NCBI RefSeq assembly: GCF_041987405.1
Contig: NZ_JBHIWR010000005.1
Span: 150,258-214,257, forward strand
Origin: Pseudooceanicola sp.
GTDB lineage: Bacteria; Pseudomonadota; Alphaproteobacteria; Rhodobacterales; Rhodobacteraceae
Reading direction: 5' to 3'
DNA length: 64,000 nucleotides
A model generated the notes under the pieces. The model saw nothing but the letters and a program-made list of their open reading frames with translations. It was not told the origin of the DNA and ran no database searches. Numbering within the stretch: position 1 is the first letter of the stretch; each line of letters opens with the position of its first letter. This document shows positions 9,164-17,914 of this stretch, piece after piece. The position numbers and the translations under genes are program-made.

Positions 9164-10078
9164 TCACAGCCTGCGCGCCGCCTGTTCGAGTTTGGCCAGC
9201 GTCTCGTAGCCCTTCTCCAGCGCCCCGAATTGCATGGCCTCCGCAGCTGCCATGTCGGCCAGGGTCATGCGCATGGTCACGCGGGTGCCCCCCGCCTCCT
9301 CCGTGAACTCCACCACCACGTCCGCATGATGCCGCATGTCGTCGAAGCCGCTCAGTCGGTAGGTCAGGCGGCGCTCCTTCTCCATCTCGCCGAAGTCGTG
9401 CAGGTTGGGATGGCGTTGCCCCTCGCCGATCATGGTGAACCGCCAGTGGCCGCCAGGACGCAGGTCGATGCTCTCGGTCTCGCAGTGATACCCCTCCGGC
9501 CCCCACCATTTCGGCAGCAATTCGGGATCGGTCCAGGCCTTCCAGGCGAGGGCCACAGGCGCGTCTATCCGGCGGGTCAGCAGGAGTTCACGGTCAGGCG
9601 CAGGGCCGGCCATGGCGGAGGCGGCGACGCCGAGCTGATCGGCCACGGTGCCCCAGCCCTCGAAGAAGCCCATCTTCTCGTGATTGTCCCGCGCCTCGGT
9701 CGAGGCATGACGGACCAGCACGTCATAGGTCGTGCCCCCGCCTTCGGCGTCCGAGAATGTCAGGATTGCAGTCATGAAGGGGCTGGGATTCATGATCCAG
9801 CCGGGGGAATAGGCATCGGTGAAGACCAGGCGGCGGGTTGGGTCGGCCTCCAGAATGACGCCGGGGCTGTCCATGATGTTGCCGTCCACATTCATCTTCG
9901 TGCGGAAGATGCCGCCGGGGCGCAGGTCGATCTCGGCCTCTTCGACCGTGTGGGGGGCGGGCATGAACCATTTGGGCAGCAGCGCCGGGTCGGTCCAGCA
10001 GGCCCAGACTAGATCGCGCGGGGCGTTGAGGGTCCGGGTGAAGGCGAGGTCGGTGTCGGGGTTCGGTGACAGGGTCAT
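9164..10078 (-). CDS. Tandem SRPBCC (AHSA1-like) domain protein
   Basis: Two repeats: TRTLNAPRDLVWACWTDPALLPKWF..IDLRPGG and TRRIDAPVALAWKAWTDPELLPKWW..IDLRPGG; ATGA overlap with the ArsR stop. Confidence 0.88.
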   Translation of the reverse strand: MTLSPNPDTDLAFTRTLNAPRDLVWACWTDPALLPKWFMPAPHTVEEAEIDLRPGGIFRTKMNVDGNIMDSPGVILEADPTRRLVFTDAYSPGWIMNPSPFMTAILTFSDAEGGGTTYDVLVRHASTEARDNHEKMGFFEGWGTVADQLGVAASAMAGPAPDRELLLTRRIDAPVALAWKAWTDPELLPKWWGPEGYHCETESIDLRPGGHWRFTMIGEGQRHPNLHDFGEMEKERRLTYRLSGFDDMRHHADVVVEFTEEAGGTRVTMRMTLADMAAAEAMQFGALEKGYETLAKLEQAARRL

Positions 10079-10416
10079 TCGGTCTGATCCTTGGCAAGTT
10101 GGGTAACAAAGGCGTCGAAACGATCGAGGCGGGCCTCCCACAGGTCACGCTGCGCGGTCAGCCAGTCCTTTGCCGGGGCAAAGGCACCGGGCACCAGGGC
10201 GCAGGTGCGGACACGCCCATCCTTTTCGGAGGAGATCATCCCCGCCGCCTCCAGTTTCTTCAGGTGGCCCATGAAGGAGGGCATGGCCATGTCGAAGGGC
10301 GCCGCAAGCTCGGAGACCGAGGCGGGCCCACGTGAGAGCCGTTCAAGGATCGCGCGCCGGGTCGGATCGCCGAGGGCGGTGAAAACGGTATCGAGGGAGA
10401 GATCATACTTAGCCAT
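10075..10416 (-). CDS. ArsR/SmtB family HTH regulator (SRPBCC-associated)
   Basis: VFTALGDPTRRAILERL, SVSELAAPFDMAMPSFMGHLKKLEAAGMI, KDGRVRTC. Confidence 0.9.
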   Translation of the reverse strand: MAKYDLSLDTVFTALGDPTRRAILERLSRGPASVSELAAPFDMAMPSFMGHLKKLEAAGMISSEKDGRVRTCALVPGAFAPAKDWLTAQRDLWEARLDRFDAFVTQLAKDQTE

Positions 10417-10479
10417 GACCCTAACTATTCACGGATGTGGAGTCGGCGCAAGTGAAAACTTAGGCCTATCCCTAAGTTT
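10407..10479. promoter_or_regulatory. Two putative ArsR operators, ACTTAG-N8-CTAA(G/C)T
   Basis: Perfect inverted repeat AAACTTAGG-N6-CCTAAGTTT at 10456-10479; second copy ACTTAG-N8-CTAACT at 10407-10426 spans the ArsR start codon. Confidence 0.65.
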
Positions 10480-10522
10480 CTGTCATCTTGCCGGGCGGGC
10501 GCGCAGGCATTAGCTGGACTGG

Positions 10523-11017
10523 ATGAGCGTGGACATCATCTATGAGGACGACCGCTGGCAGTCAGCGGGGCTGGAGCCGCTTGCCGAGGCCGCCACTGCG
10601 GCAGCGCTGTCCCATCTTGGGCTGGATGCGGAGGAATGGGAAGTGTCCCTTCTGGCCTGCGACGACGCGCGGATTGCCACGCTGAACGCGGAGTTTCGCG
10701 GCAAACCGGTGCCGACCAATGTGCTGTCCTGGCCGTCCGAGGAACGGGGGGCGGAGACACCCGGCGCGCGGCCCGATCTGCCCGAGCCTGGCTTCGATCC
10801 GGAGCTGGGGGATATCGCCATCGCCTATGACACCTGCGCGCGTGAGGCCGCGGAAGGCGGCAAACCGCTGGCGGACTATGTGACGCATCTGATCGTTCAC
10901 GCAGTGTTGCATCTTCTCGGCTATGATCACGAAAATGACCCGGATGCGGCCCTGATGGAGGGATTGGAGACGGAAATACTTGGCAAAATGGGTCTGCCGG
11001 ACCCATATGGGGCATGA
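10523..11017 (+). CDS. ybeY: rRNA maturation endoribonuclease YbeY
   Basis: LNAEFRGKPVPTNVLSWP, LGDIAI, HLIVHAVLHLLGYDH zinc motif. Confidence 0.96.
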   Translation: MSVDIIYEDDRWQSAGLEPLAEAATAAALSHLGLDAEEWEVSLLACDDARIATLNAEFRGKPVPTNVLSWPSEERGAETPGARPDLPEPGFDPELGDIAIAYDTCAREAAEGGKPLADYVTHLIVHAVLHLLGYDHENDPDAALMEGLETEILGKMGLPDPYGA

Positions 11018-11086
11018 TAGGGGGTGTTCCCCGGCACCGGACCGATTCGGCTAGCGGATCGGACAGGCGCATTATGGTAAGGATAG

Positions 11087-12037
11087 ATGGGCGACAAAAC
11101 CGACGGGTCTTCTAACGCAGCGCAGGGCGCGCTGCCTGAGGGCAAGACGACATCCAAGGACGCAGAGAGTGCCCCGAGGCGGGGTTTCTGGGCGCGTCTG
11201 TTTGGTGGGGGACCGACCCCGCAAGTTTCCACTCCGCAACCTCCGAGGGCCGAGGGCACGCCACAGCGGCAGACCCATGGCATGATCAACCTGCGCCGGA
11301 TGCGGGTTGAGGATGTTGCGATTCCCAAGGCTGAAATCGTTGCCGTGCCGGTGACGATCACGCGCGAGGATCTGGTGAAGGTCTTTCGCGACAGCGGCAT
11401 GACGCGCCTGCCGGTGTTCCAGGACACGCTGGATACGCCGGTCGGGCTGGTGCACCTCAAGGACTTTGCTCTGCGCCACGGGTTCAACGGCAAGCAGACG
11501 CGCTTTTCGATGAAGGCGATGCTGCGGCCGCTGCTGTTCGTCCCGCCCTCGATGCCGATTGGCGTGCTGCTGCAGAAGATGCAGACCGAACGGCGGCACA
11601 TGGCGCTGGTGATCGACGAATACGGCGGCGTGGACGGGCTGGTGACGATCGAGGACCTGATCGAACAGGTGATCGGCCAGATCGAGGACGAGCATGATGT
11701 CGAGGAGGGCAAGCTCTGGACGCGGGAGGCCGACGACAGCTATCTCGCCCTGGCCAAGACCCCGCTGGCAGAATTCGGCAATGAGACGGGCGTCGACCTG
11801 ACGGCAGACGACAGCGTCGACGAAGAAGAGATCGACACGCTTGGTGGGCTGGTCTTCATGCTGTCGGGCCGTGTGCCCGCGCGGGGGGAGGTCGTGCCCC
11901 ACCCCGCCGGCCATGAGTTCGAGGTGGTCGATGCGGACCCCCGCCGGATCAAGCGGCTGCGGGTGCGGCTGCGCCCCGAGGGCGCCCCGGCCCTGAGCGA
12001 CCCCGAAGAGACCCCTGCGGAGATGGCCGCCCAATGA
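11087..12037 (+). CDS. corC: CBS/CorC-HlyC domain protein (CorC/YbeX-like)
   Basis: Tandem CBS (TRLPVFQDTLD, MALVIDEYGGVDGLVTIEDLIEQVIGQIEDEHD), C-terminal DADPRRIKRLRV; conserved ybeY-corC-lnt order. Confidence 0.88.
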   Translation: MGDKTDGSSNAAQGALPEGKTTSKDAESAPRRGFWARLFGGGPTPQVSTPQPPRAEGTPQRQTHGMINLRRMRVEDVAIPKAEIVAVPVTITREDLVKVFRDSGMTRLPVFQDTLDTPVGLVHLKDFALRHGFNGKQTRFSMKAMLRPLLFVPPSMPIGVLLQKMQTERRHMALVIDEYGGVDGLVTIEDLIEQVIGQIEDEHDVEEGKLWTREADDSYLALAKTPLAEFGNETGVDLTADDSVDEEEIDTLGGLVFMLSGRVPARGEVVPHPAGHEFEVVDADPRRIKRLRVRLRPEGAPALSDPEETPAEMAAQ

Positions 12038-13596
12038 GCGACCGGCCGTCGGTCGGCGCGCACCTGGCCCGGCTGGATCGTCTGACGCCACGGCGGCGGC
12101 TGCTCTGGGCCTTTGTCGCCGGGGGCGGTGCCGCATTCGGCCACGCCCCCTGGAGCCTCTGGCCCCTGACGATATTCGGCCTGGCCCTGGTCTTTGCCCT
12201 GTCACGCCCGCTGGTGCGGTCGCGCGAAGTGGCGAAGGTATGGTGGGCCGCGGGCACCGGCTATTTCGGCGTCGCGCTCAGCTGGATCATCGAACCTTTT
12301 CTGGTGGACATCGAGGTGCATGGGTGGATGGCCCCCTTCGCTCTGGTCTTTATGGCCGGGGGGCTGGCGCTCTTCTGGGGTCTGGCAGGCGGGGCGGTGC
12401 GGCGGATCAGCCGGGGCCATGGCGCCGGGCTGGCGGTGGCGACCGGGCTGGCGCTTGTGCTCGCGGGATGGGCGCGCGGGCTGGTCTTCACGGGCTTTCC
12501 CTGGGCCCTGCCCGGTCATGTGCTGATCGCCTCTCCGGCGCTGCAACTCGCACAATTGGGCGGGGCGATGCTGCTGTCGCTGGTGGTGGTGGGGCTGGCC
12601 CTGTCGCTCTTCTTCGCGCTCGCCCGTCCCTGGCCCGGGCTGGTGATCTGGGGTGCGGCGGCAGCACTGCCATTTGCCCTTGGCGCGGCCCTTATGCCGC
12701 CGCCGGGAGAGACACAGGGCAGGCCGATTGTCCGGCTGGTGCAGCCGAACATCCCGCAGGCGGAGAAATGGGACCCGGTCAAGGCGCCGCAGCATTTCGA
12801 CCGGCTGCTGGCGCTGAGCGCGGAACCGGGGGAACCGGACCTCGTGGTCTGGCCCGAAACCGCCGTGCCCGCCTGGCTGGAGGAGGTGCCGCATCTGCTG
12901 CCCGTCTTGTCGGAGGCTGCGGGGCAGAGGCCCCTGGTCTTCGGCATCAACCGTGTCGAGGGGCAGCGGATCTATAACGCACTGGTGCTGCTTTCGCCCG
13001 GTGGCGAGGTCGCGGAGGTCTATGACAAGCACCACCTGGTTCCCTTTGGCGAATACATCCCCTTAGGCGATCTCCTGGGCCGGTTCGGGCTGCGCGGGCT
13101 GGCGCAGCGCGACGGCGGCGGGTTTTCCCCCGGGCCGGGTGCGCGGCTGATTGATCTGCCGGGGATCGGGCCGACCCTGCCGCTGATCTGCTACGAGGGG
13201 ATCTTTCCCGGCGATATCGCGGCCAGCCCGGCGCGGCCGGAGGTGCTGCTGCTGATCACCAATGACGCCTGGTTCGGCACGGTCTCCGGCCCCTATCAGC
13301 ATCTGGCGCAGGCGCGCTTGCGATCGGTGGAACAGGGGCTGCCGATGGTGCGGGTGGCCAATACGGGCGTGTCGGCCGTGATCGACCCGGCCGGGCGGCT
13401 CAGCGGCGAGATGCCGCTTGGCACGGCAGGGATCCGGGATGTGCCCCTGCCCCCGCCCCTTGGTCCGACGCTTTACTCCCGCAGTGGCGACTGGCCCTGG
13501 GCGTTGCTGATGATGCTGGGGCTGGTGGTGCTGGCCCTCCGCAGCCGGAAAAATCCTACCGATAAGGGCGTTGACGCCCCCGGCGGCGGGGTCTAA
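12034..13596 (+). CDS. lnt: Apolipoprotein N-acyltransferase
   Basis: Multi-TM N-terminus, VVWPETA, YDKHHLVPFGEYIP, PLICYEGIFP, ITNDAWFG. Confidence 0.96.
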   Translation: MSDRPSVGAHLARLDRLTPRRRLLWAFVAGGGAAFGHAPWSLWPLTIFGLALVFALSRPLVRSREVAKVWWAAGTGYFGVALSWIIEPFLVDIEVHGWMAPFALVFMAGGLALFWGLAGGAVRRISRGHGAGLAVATGLALVLAGWARGLVFTGFPWALPGHVLIASPALQLAQLGGAMLLSLVVVGLALSLFFALARPWPGLVIWGAAAALPFALGAALMPPPGETQGRPIVRLVQPNIPQAEKWDPVKAPQHFDRLLALSAEPGEPDLVVWPETAVPAWLEEVPHLLPVLSEAAGQRPLVFGINRVEGQRIYNALVLLSPGGEVAEVYDKHHLVPFGEYIPLGDLLGRFGLRGLAQRDGGGFSPGPGARLIDLPGIGPTLPLICYEGIFPGDIAASPARPEVLLLITNDAWFGTVSGPYQHLAQARLRSVEQGLPMVRVANTGVSAVIDPAGRLSGEMPLGTAGIRDVPLPPPLGPTLYSRSGDWPWALLMMLGLVVLALRSRKNPTDKGVDAPGGGV

Positions 13597-13599
13597 TGC
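13571..13599 (+). promoter_or_regulatory. Possible sigma70 promoter for metK within the lnt 3' end
   Basis: TTGACG at 13571-13576 and a TCTAAT/TAATGC-like -10 just upstream of the riboswitch. Confidence 0.45.
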
Positions 13600-13606
13600 G
13601 ATAGGA

Positions 13607-13657
13607 CTGCTGCTCCAACGGCTTCCTGACGGAGCGGTCTAACACCTATCGGAGCAC
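13607..13657 (+). ncRNA. SAM-SAH riboswitch
   Basis: CTGCTCCAACGGCTTCCTGACGGAGC...ACCTATCGGAGCA contains the CAACGGCUUCCUGRCG core of this Rhodobacterales class and overlaps the metK RBS. Confidence 0.85.
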
Positions 13658-13662
13658 TTTTC

Positions 13663-14844
13663 ATGACCCGCAAGAACTATATCTTCACCTCGGAATCCGT
13701 TTCCGAGGGGCATCCGGACAAGGTTTGTGACCGGATTTCCGATGCCGTCCTCGATGCGCTTCTGTCGGAAGAGCCGCAGGCGCGCGTCGCCTGTGAAACC
13801 TTTGCCACCACCAACCGCGTCGTGATCGGTGGCGAAGTGGGCCTCGCGGATCAGGAAAAGCTGCAGGATTACATGGGCCGGATCGACCAGATCGCCCGCG
13901 CCTGCATCAAGGACATCGGCTACGAGCAGGACAAGTTCCACCACGAGACGGTGGAGGTGACCAACCTGCTGCACGAGCAATCCGCCCATATCGCCCAGGG
14001 CGTCGATGCCGGCGACAACAAGGACGAAGGCGCCGGCGATCAGGGCATCATGTTCGGCTATGCCACGACCGAGACCGATGATCTGATGCCCGCGCCGATC
14101 CAGTTCGCGCACCGGATCCTCCGCCGTCTGGCCGAGGTGCGCAAGGATGGAACCGAACCGACCCTGGGGCCGGATGCGAAATCCCAGGTCTCCTTGCGGT
14201 ATGAAGACGGTCGCCCGGTGGAGGTCACGCAGCTGGTTCTTTCGACCCAGCACAATGACGCGAACCAGACCTCGGAGGATATCCGCGAAATCGTCATGCC
14301 CTACATCCGCGAGGTCATCCCGACCGAGTGGCTGACCGCCAATACCGAATACTGGATCAACCCGACCGGCAAGTTCGTCATCGGCGGTCCCGATGGCGAC
14401 GCGGGTCTGACCGGGCGCAAGATCATCGTGGATACCTACGGCGGCGCGGCGCCGCACGGTGGCGGCGCGTTTTCGGGCAAGGATCCGACCAAGGTCGACC
14501 GCTCTGCCGCCTATGCGGCGCGCTATCTGGCGAAGAACGTCGTTGCGGCGGGCATGGCCGAGAAGTGCACCATCCAGCTGTCCTATGCGATCGGGATTTC
14601 CCGGCCGCTGTCGATCTACGCCGACACCTACGGCACCGGCCAGGTCGACGAGGCCGAGATTGAACGCGCCGTGGCGCAGGTAATGGACCTGACCCCCCGC
14701 GGCATTCGCGAGCATCTGGAGCTGAACAAACCGATCTACCAGCGCACCGCGGCCTACGGGCATTTCGGCCGCAAGCCGGAGGCAGACGGCGGGTTCTCCT
14801 GGGAGAAGACGGATCTGGTCGAGGCGCTGAAAAAAGCGGTCTGA
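13663..14844 (+). CDS. metK: S-adenosylmethionine synthetase
   Basis: [35 protein letters not shown]. Confidence 0.98.
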   Translation: MTRKNYIFTSESVSEGHPDKVCDRISDAVLDALLSEEPQARVACETFATTNRVVIGGEVGLADQEKLQDYMGRIDQIARACIKDIGYEQDKFHHETVEVTNLLHEQSAHIAQGVDAGDNKDEGAGDQGIMFGYATTETDDLMPAPIQFAHRILRRLAEVRKDGTEPTLGPDAKSQVSLRYEDGRPVEVTQLVLSTQHNDANQTSEDIREIVMPYIREVIPTEWLTANTEYWINPTGKFVIGGPDGDAGLTGRKIIVDTYGGAAPHGGGAFSGKDPTKVDRSAAYAARYLAKNVVAAGMAEKCTIQLSYAIGISRPLSIYADTYGTGQVDEAEIERAVAQVMDLTPRGIREHLELNKPIYQRTAAYGHFGRKPEADGGFSWEKTDLVEALKKAV

Positions 14845-14870
14845 GCGCGACCGGACAGTGAAACGGATGT

Positions 14871-15016
14871 GCCCCGGCCTTGCGCCGGGGCCTTCTTGTT
14901 TGCGACCCGATACTGCCGCGGCCAGGTCCAGGCACCACCCACGCCCCGGCCTCGTGCCGGGGCCGTTCAGTATCATGACGTCAGCACGAGCGAGGCCCCG
15001 GCGCGGGGGCAGGGGC
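14871..15016. repeat. Cluster of REP-like hairpins GCCCCGGC-N5-GCCGGGGC; first copy may act as the metK terminator
   Basis: 14871-14891 (loop CTTGC, followed by CTTCTTGTTT), 14943-14963 (loop CTCGT), degenerate third copy ~14994-15016. Confidence 0.75.
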
Positions 15017-15056
15017 ATGTTTCTCACTCCGCCGGAGAGGCAGCACCACGGCTGGC

Positions 15057-15806
15057 TTATCGAGCCGTGTACCCGCCATCGAGTGGATAAACCCCGCCGG
15101 TCGCAAACCCCGCATCCTCGGACAGGAGAAAGGCCACAAGGGCCGCGACTTCCTGCCTGCGCGCCATCCGTCCGAGGGGGTGCATGGCGGCCAGGGCAGC
15201 GTGCTCTTCTTCGGGCATGGCCTTCATTGCGGGTGTATCCACGAAGCCGGGCGCGACGGCGTTCACCCGGATACCTCTCTTGGCGCAGTCCAACGCAGCT
15301 TCGCGGGTCAGCCCGATCACCCCGTGTTTCGCGGCCGTGTAATCCGCCATGCCTCCAAAGCCGACCAACCCGTTTGCCGCGGCCATGTTGACGATCGCCC
15401 CGCCCCCGCTCGCCTCGATGGCGGGTATCTCGTGCTTGAGGCAGAGGAAACAGCCGGTCAGGTTTGTCGCAATCACCGCACTCCATGTATCGGCTGATTT
15501 ATCTGTCAGCGGGATCGGGCCTTCCGCAGGCCCGCCCGCATTGTTGACCGCAAGATGCAGGCCGCCAAAGCGGTCGCAGACCGCCTTGACCATCCACATC
15601 ACGGCATCTTCGTCAGTCACATCACAGGCCATGCCGAAAGACCGCGCCCCTGTCGGGTCCAACCGGTCTGCGGTGGTCCGGGCGTCGTCTTCGTCCCTGC
15701 TGCACAGGGCCACGTTGGCGCCGAGGTTGAACAGATGCGCCGCGATCGCTTCGCCATTTCCGCGCGTACCGCCGGTGACCAGCGCCGTTTTCCCTGTCAG
15801 CTTCAT
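15057..15806 (-). CDS. Short-chain dehydrogenase/reductase
   Basis: TGGTRGNG cofactor motif, NNAG, YTAAK catalytic motif, NAVAPG. Confidence 0.9.
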   Translation of the reverse strand: MKLTGKTALVTGGTRGNGEAIAAHLFNLGANVALCSRDEDDARTTADRLDPTGARSFGMACDVTDEDAVMWMVKAVCDRFGGLHLAVNNAGGPAEGPIPLTDKSADTWSAVIATNLTGCFLCLKHEIPAIEASGGGAIVNMAAANGLVGFGGMADYTAAKHGVIGLTREAALDCAKRGIRVNAVAPGFVDTPAMKAMPEEEHAALAAMHPLGRMARRQEVAALVAFLLSEDAGFATGGVYPLDGGYTAR

Positions 15807-16006
15807 ACCCTGTTCTCCGCCTGCTCCGTGATTGCGGAATGGTCAGTCGAAGCACAGTCGAGATCAAGTCTGTGGCGAGCAGGCTGTTGACAGCGTGGTG
15901 TCAGGAGGCGTGCTATTTCGGAGCGCAGAGACACACGTCCGCCCCGCCTCAGGGCGGGACGGAGCGAGCGAGGGCGCAGGGCCTTCGGATGTAGAAAGTG
16001 CGGGTG

Positions 16007-16426
16007 CTATTCCGCCGGGACAGCGGCACCGCGCTTGTCGACGGACAGGGCGCCGGGGCCGAAGGCGACGACCATCAGCATGCCGCCCGCGATGGTGACG
16101 TTCTTCATGAAGCTAATCACTTCGCCCTGTGCGGCCATTCCTTCCATGCCGAAGGAGGGCACGAGGTGGAACAGCAGGCCGGAGACGAGCGAGAAGCCCG
16201 CCAGGAGGAAGGCCGCGGGGCGGGCCTGCCAGCCGATGAGCAGGGCGATGCCGCCGACGACCTCGACCAGGATGACGATCGGCAGAAGTGCGCCGGGGAC
16301 GCCCATCATCTCCATGTAGCCCTGGGTCCCGGAATAGCCGGAGATCTTTTGCAGACCGGAGAGGATGAACATGAAGGAAAGAAGAAGACGGCCAAGCGGC
16401 GCGGCATAGTTGAGCATTTGAGACAT
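16007..16426 (-). CDS. DoxX family membrane protein
   Basis: LGRLLLSFMFILSGLQK, EVVGGIALLIG, FMKNVTIAGGML...GPGALSVD. Confidence 0.88.
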   Translation of the reverse strand: MSQMLNYAAPLGRLLLSFMFILSGLQKISGYSGTQGYMEMMGVPGALLPIVILVEVVGGIALLIGWQARPAAFLLAGFSLVSGLLFHLVPSFGMEGMAAQGEVISFMKNVTIAGGMLMVVAFGPGALSVDKRGAAVPAE

Positions 16427-16660
16427 GGTAGGTTCCTTGGGTTTCACTGCCCTTGCGGGTATGGCGGGTGTATGCCAGTTGCGCGTGATCGCCGATATTC
16501 CAATAAATTCGACAGCCCTTGTGCGCAGATGCGCAGAGACGCCCGCCTCGTCTCAACTGGTCACCCCTCAGGCTGGCGTAAGATGGTGCCCGCGGCGGTG
16601 TCGGCCCGCACCCGTCGAGCCGCGGTTGATCCGGCCCCGCGCCGGAGCTATGGGGACGGG

Positions 16661-17371
16661 ATGAGCACTCAGCACCCCTCCGGCGCCCCCTGGCGCAACT
16701 TCTACGGCCGGTTCAAGGGCAAGGGCCTGCGCAAGTCGCAGGAGGCCTACCTCGACGAGGACCTCGACGCGCTGTCCCCTGGCCCGGTTGGCTGGGACGT
16801 GAACCCCGACCGAAACCCGCTGGACCTGGAGGCGCTCTTCGGCGAGCGGGATGTCTGGCTGGAGGTCGGCTTTGGCGGCGGCGAGCATCTGGTGCACCAG
16901 GCCGCGCAGAACCCGCAGGTCGGGATCATCGGGGCCGAGCCCTATATCAACGGCGTGGCGATGCTGTTGGGTAAGATCCGCGAGGCCGGTGTCGAAAACC
17001 TGCGGGTGCATCCCGGGGATGCGCGCGATCTGTTTGACGTGCTGCCGAACGGGTCGCTGTCGCGGGCCTTTCTGCTGTACCCCGATCCCTGGCCGAAGAA
17101 GCGCCACCACCGCCGCCGTTTTGTCACCCCGGAACATCTGGAGCCGCTGGCGGCCAAGCTGAAGCCCGGGTCGATCTTTCGCGTGGCGACCGATATCCCC
17201 GATTACGTCCGCCAGACGCTGGAACAGGTGCCGCGCCACGGGTTCGAGTGGCTGGCCGAAGGGCCCGCGGACTGGCGCGAACCCTGGGACGACTGGATCT
17301 CCACCCGCTACGAGCAGAAGGCGCTACGCGAGGGTCGTGTGCCGCATTACCTGACTTTCCGACGGCGCTGA
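16661..17371 (+). CDS. trmB: tRNA (guanine-N7)-methyltransferase
   Basis: LEVGFGGGEHL, IGAEPY, LLYPDPWPKKRHHRRR, RVATD, TRYEQKA. Confidence 0.96.
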   Translation: MSTQHPSGAPWRNFYGRFKGKGLRKSQEAYLDEDLDALSPGPVGWDVNPDRNPLDLEALFGERDVWLEVGFGGGEHLVHQAAQNPQVGIIGAEPYINGVAMLLGKIREAGVENLRVHPGDARDLFDVLPNGSLSRAFLLYPDPWPKKRHHRRRFVTPEHLEPLAAKLKPGSIFRVATDIPDYVRQTLEQVPRHGFEWLAEGPADWREPWDDWISTRYEQKALREGRVPHYLTFRRR

Positions 17372-17422
17372 GACTGGACGGAGGGCGGGTTCGGCCCCTA
17401 GGGTCGTGCCGCGAGGTGCCCC

Positions 17423-17851
17423 ATGTCCGACCAGAAGACACAACCGACCGATGTCACGCCCGAGGCCTTTCTGTCCGGGGTGCAGCCGCCCCGACGGCAG
17501 GCGCAGGGACAGGAGTTGCTGGAGCTTTTCGGTCAGGTCACTGGCTGGCCGGCGCGGATGTGGGGGCCCAGCATCGTCGGCTATGGCGTCTATGACTACA
17601 CGTACAAGAGCGGACGGACCGGCACCTGGATGGCGACGGGGTTTTCCCCGCGCAAGGCGGCTTTGTCCGTCTATATCATGCCGGGTTACCAGAATTACGG
17701 CGCGATCCTCGACCGGCTCGGCCCGCACAAGATGGGGAAATCCTGTCTCTACATCACCCGGCTCGATGCGGTGGACAAGGGGGTGCTGGCCGAGCTGATC
17801 GGCACCGGGATCGACGATCTGGCAAAAATCTGGCCGGTGCGGGCGCAATAG
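17423..17851 (+). CDS. DUF1801 (YdhG-like) domain protein
   Basis: MWGPSIVGYG.Y.Y.Y, GFSPRKAALSVY, LGPHKMGKSCLYI. Confidence 0.8.
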   Translation: MSDQKTQPTDVTPEAFLSGVQPPRRQAQGQELLELFGQVTGWPARMWGPSIVGYGVYDYTYKSGRTGTWMATGFSPRKAALSVYIMPGYQNYGAILDRLGPHKMGKSCLYITRLDAVDKGVLAELIGTGIDDLAKIWPVRAQ

Positions 17852-17914
17852 CCCCCGCAAGATGGACATTTCCGCCGGTTTGTGACAAAGCCCCCGGGCA
17901 CTCAGGAGCCCAGC

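Noticed and set aside
15880-15897. GCAGGCTGTTGA resembling an IS5/IS1182-type end
   Set aside because: No partner end or transposase, and the match is too short
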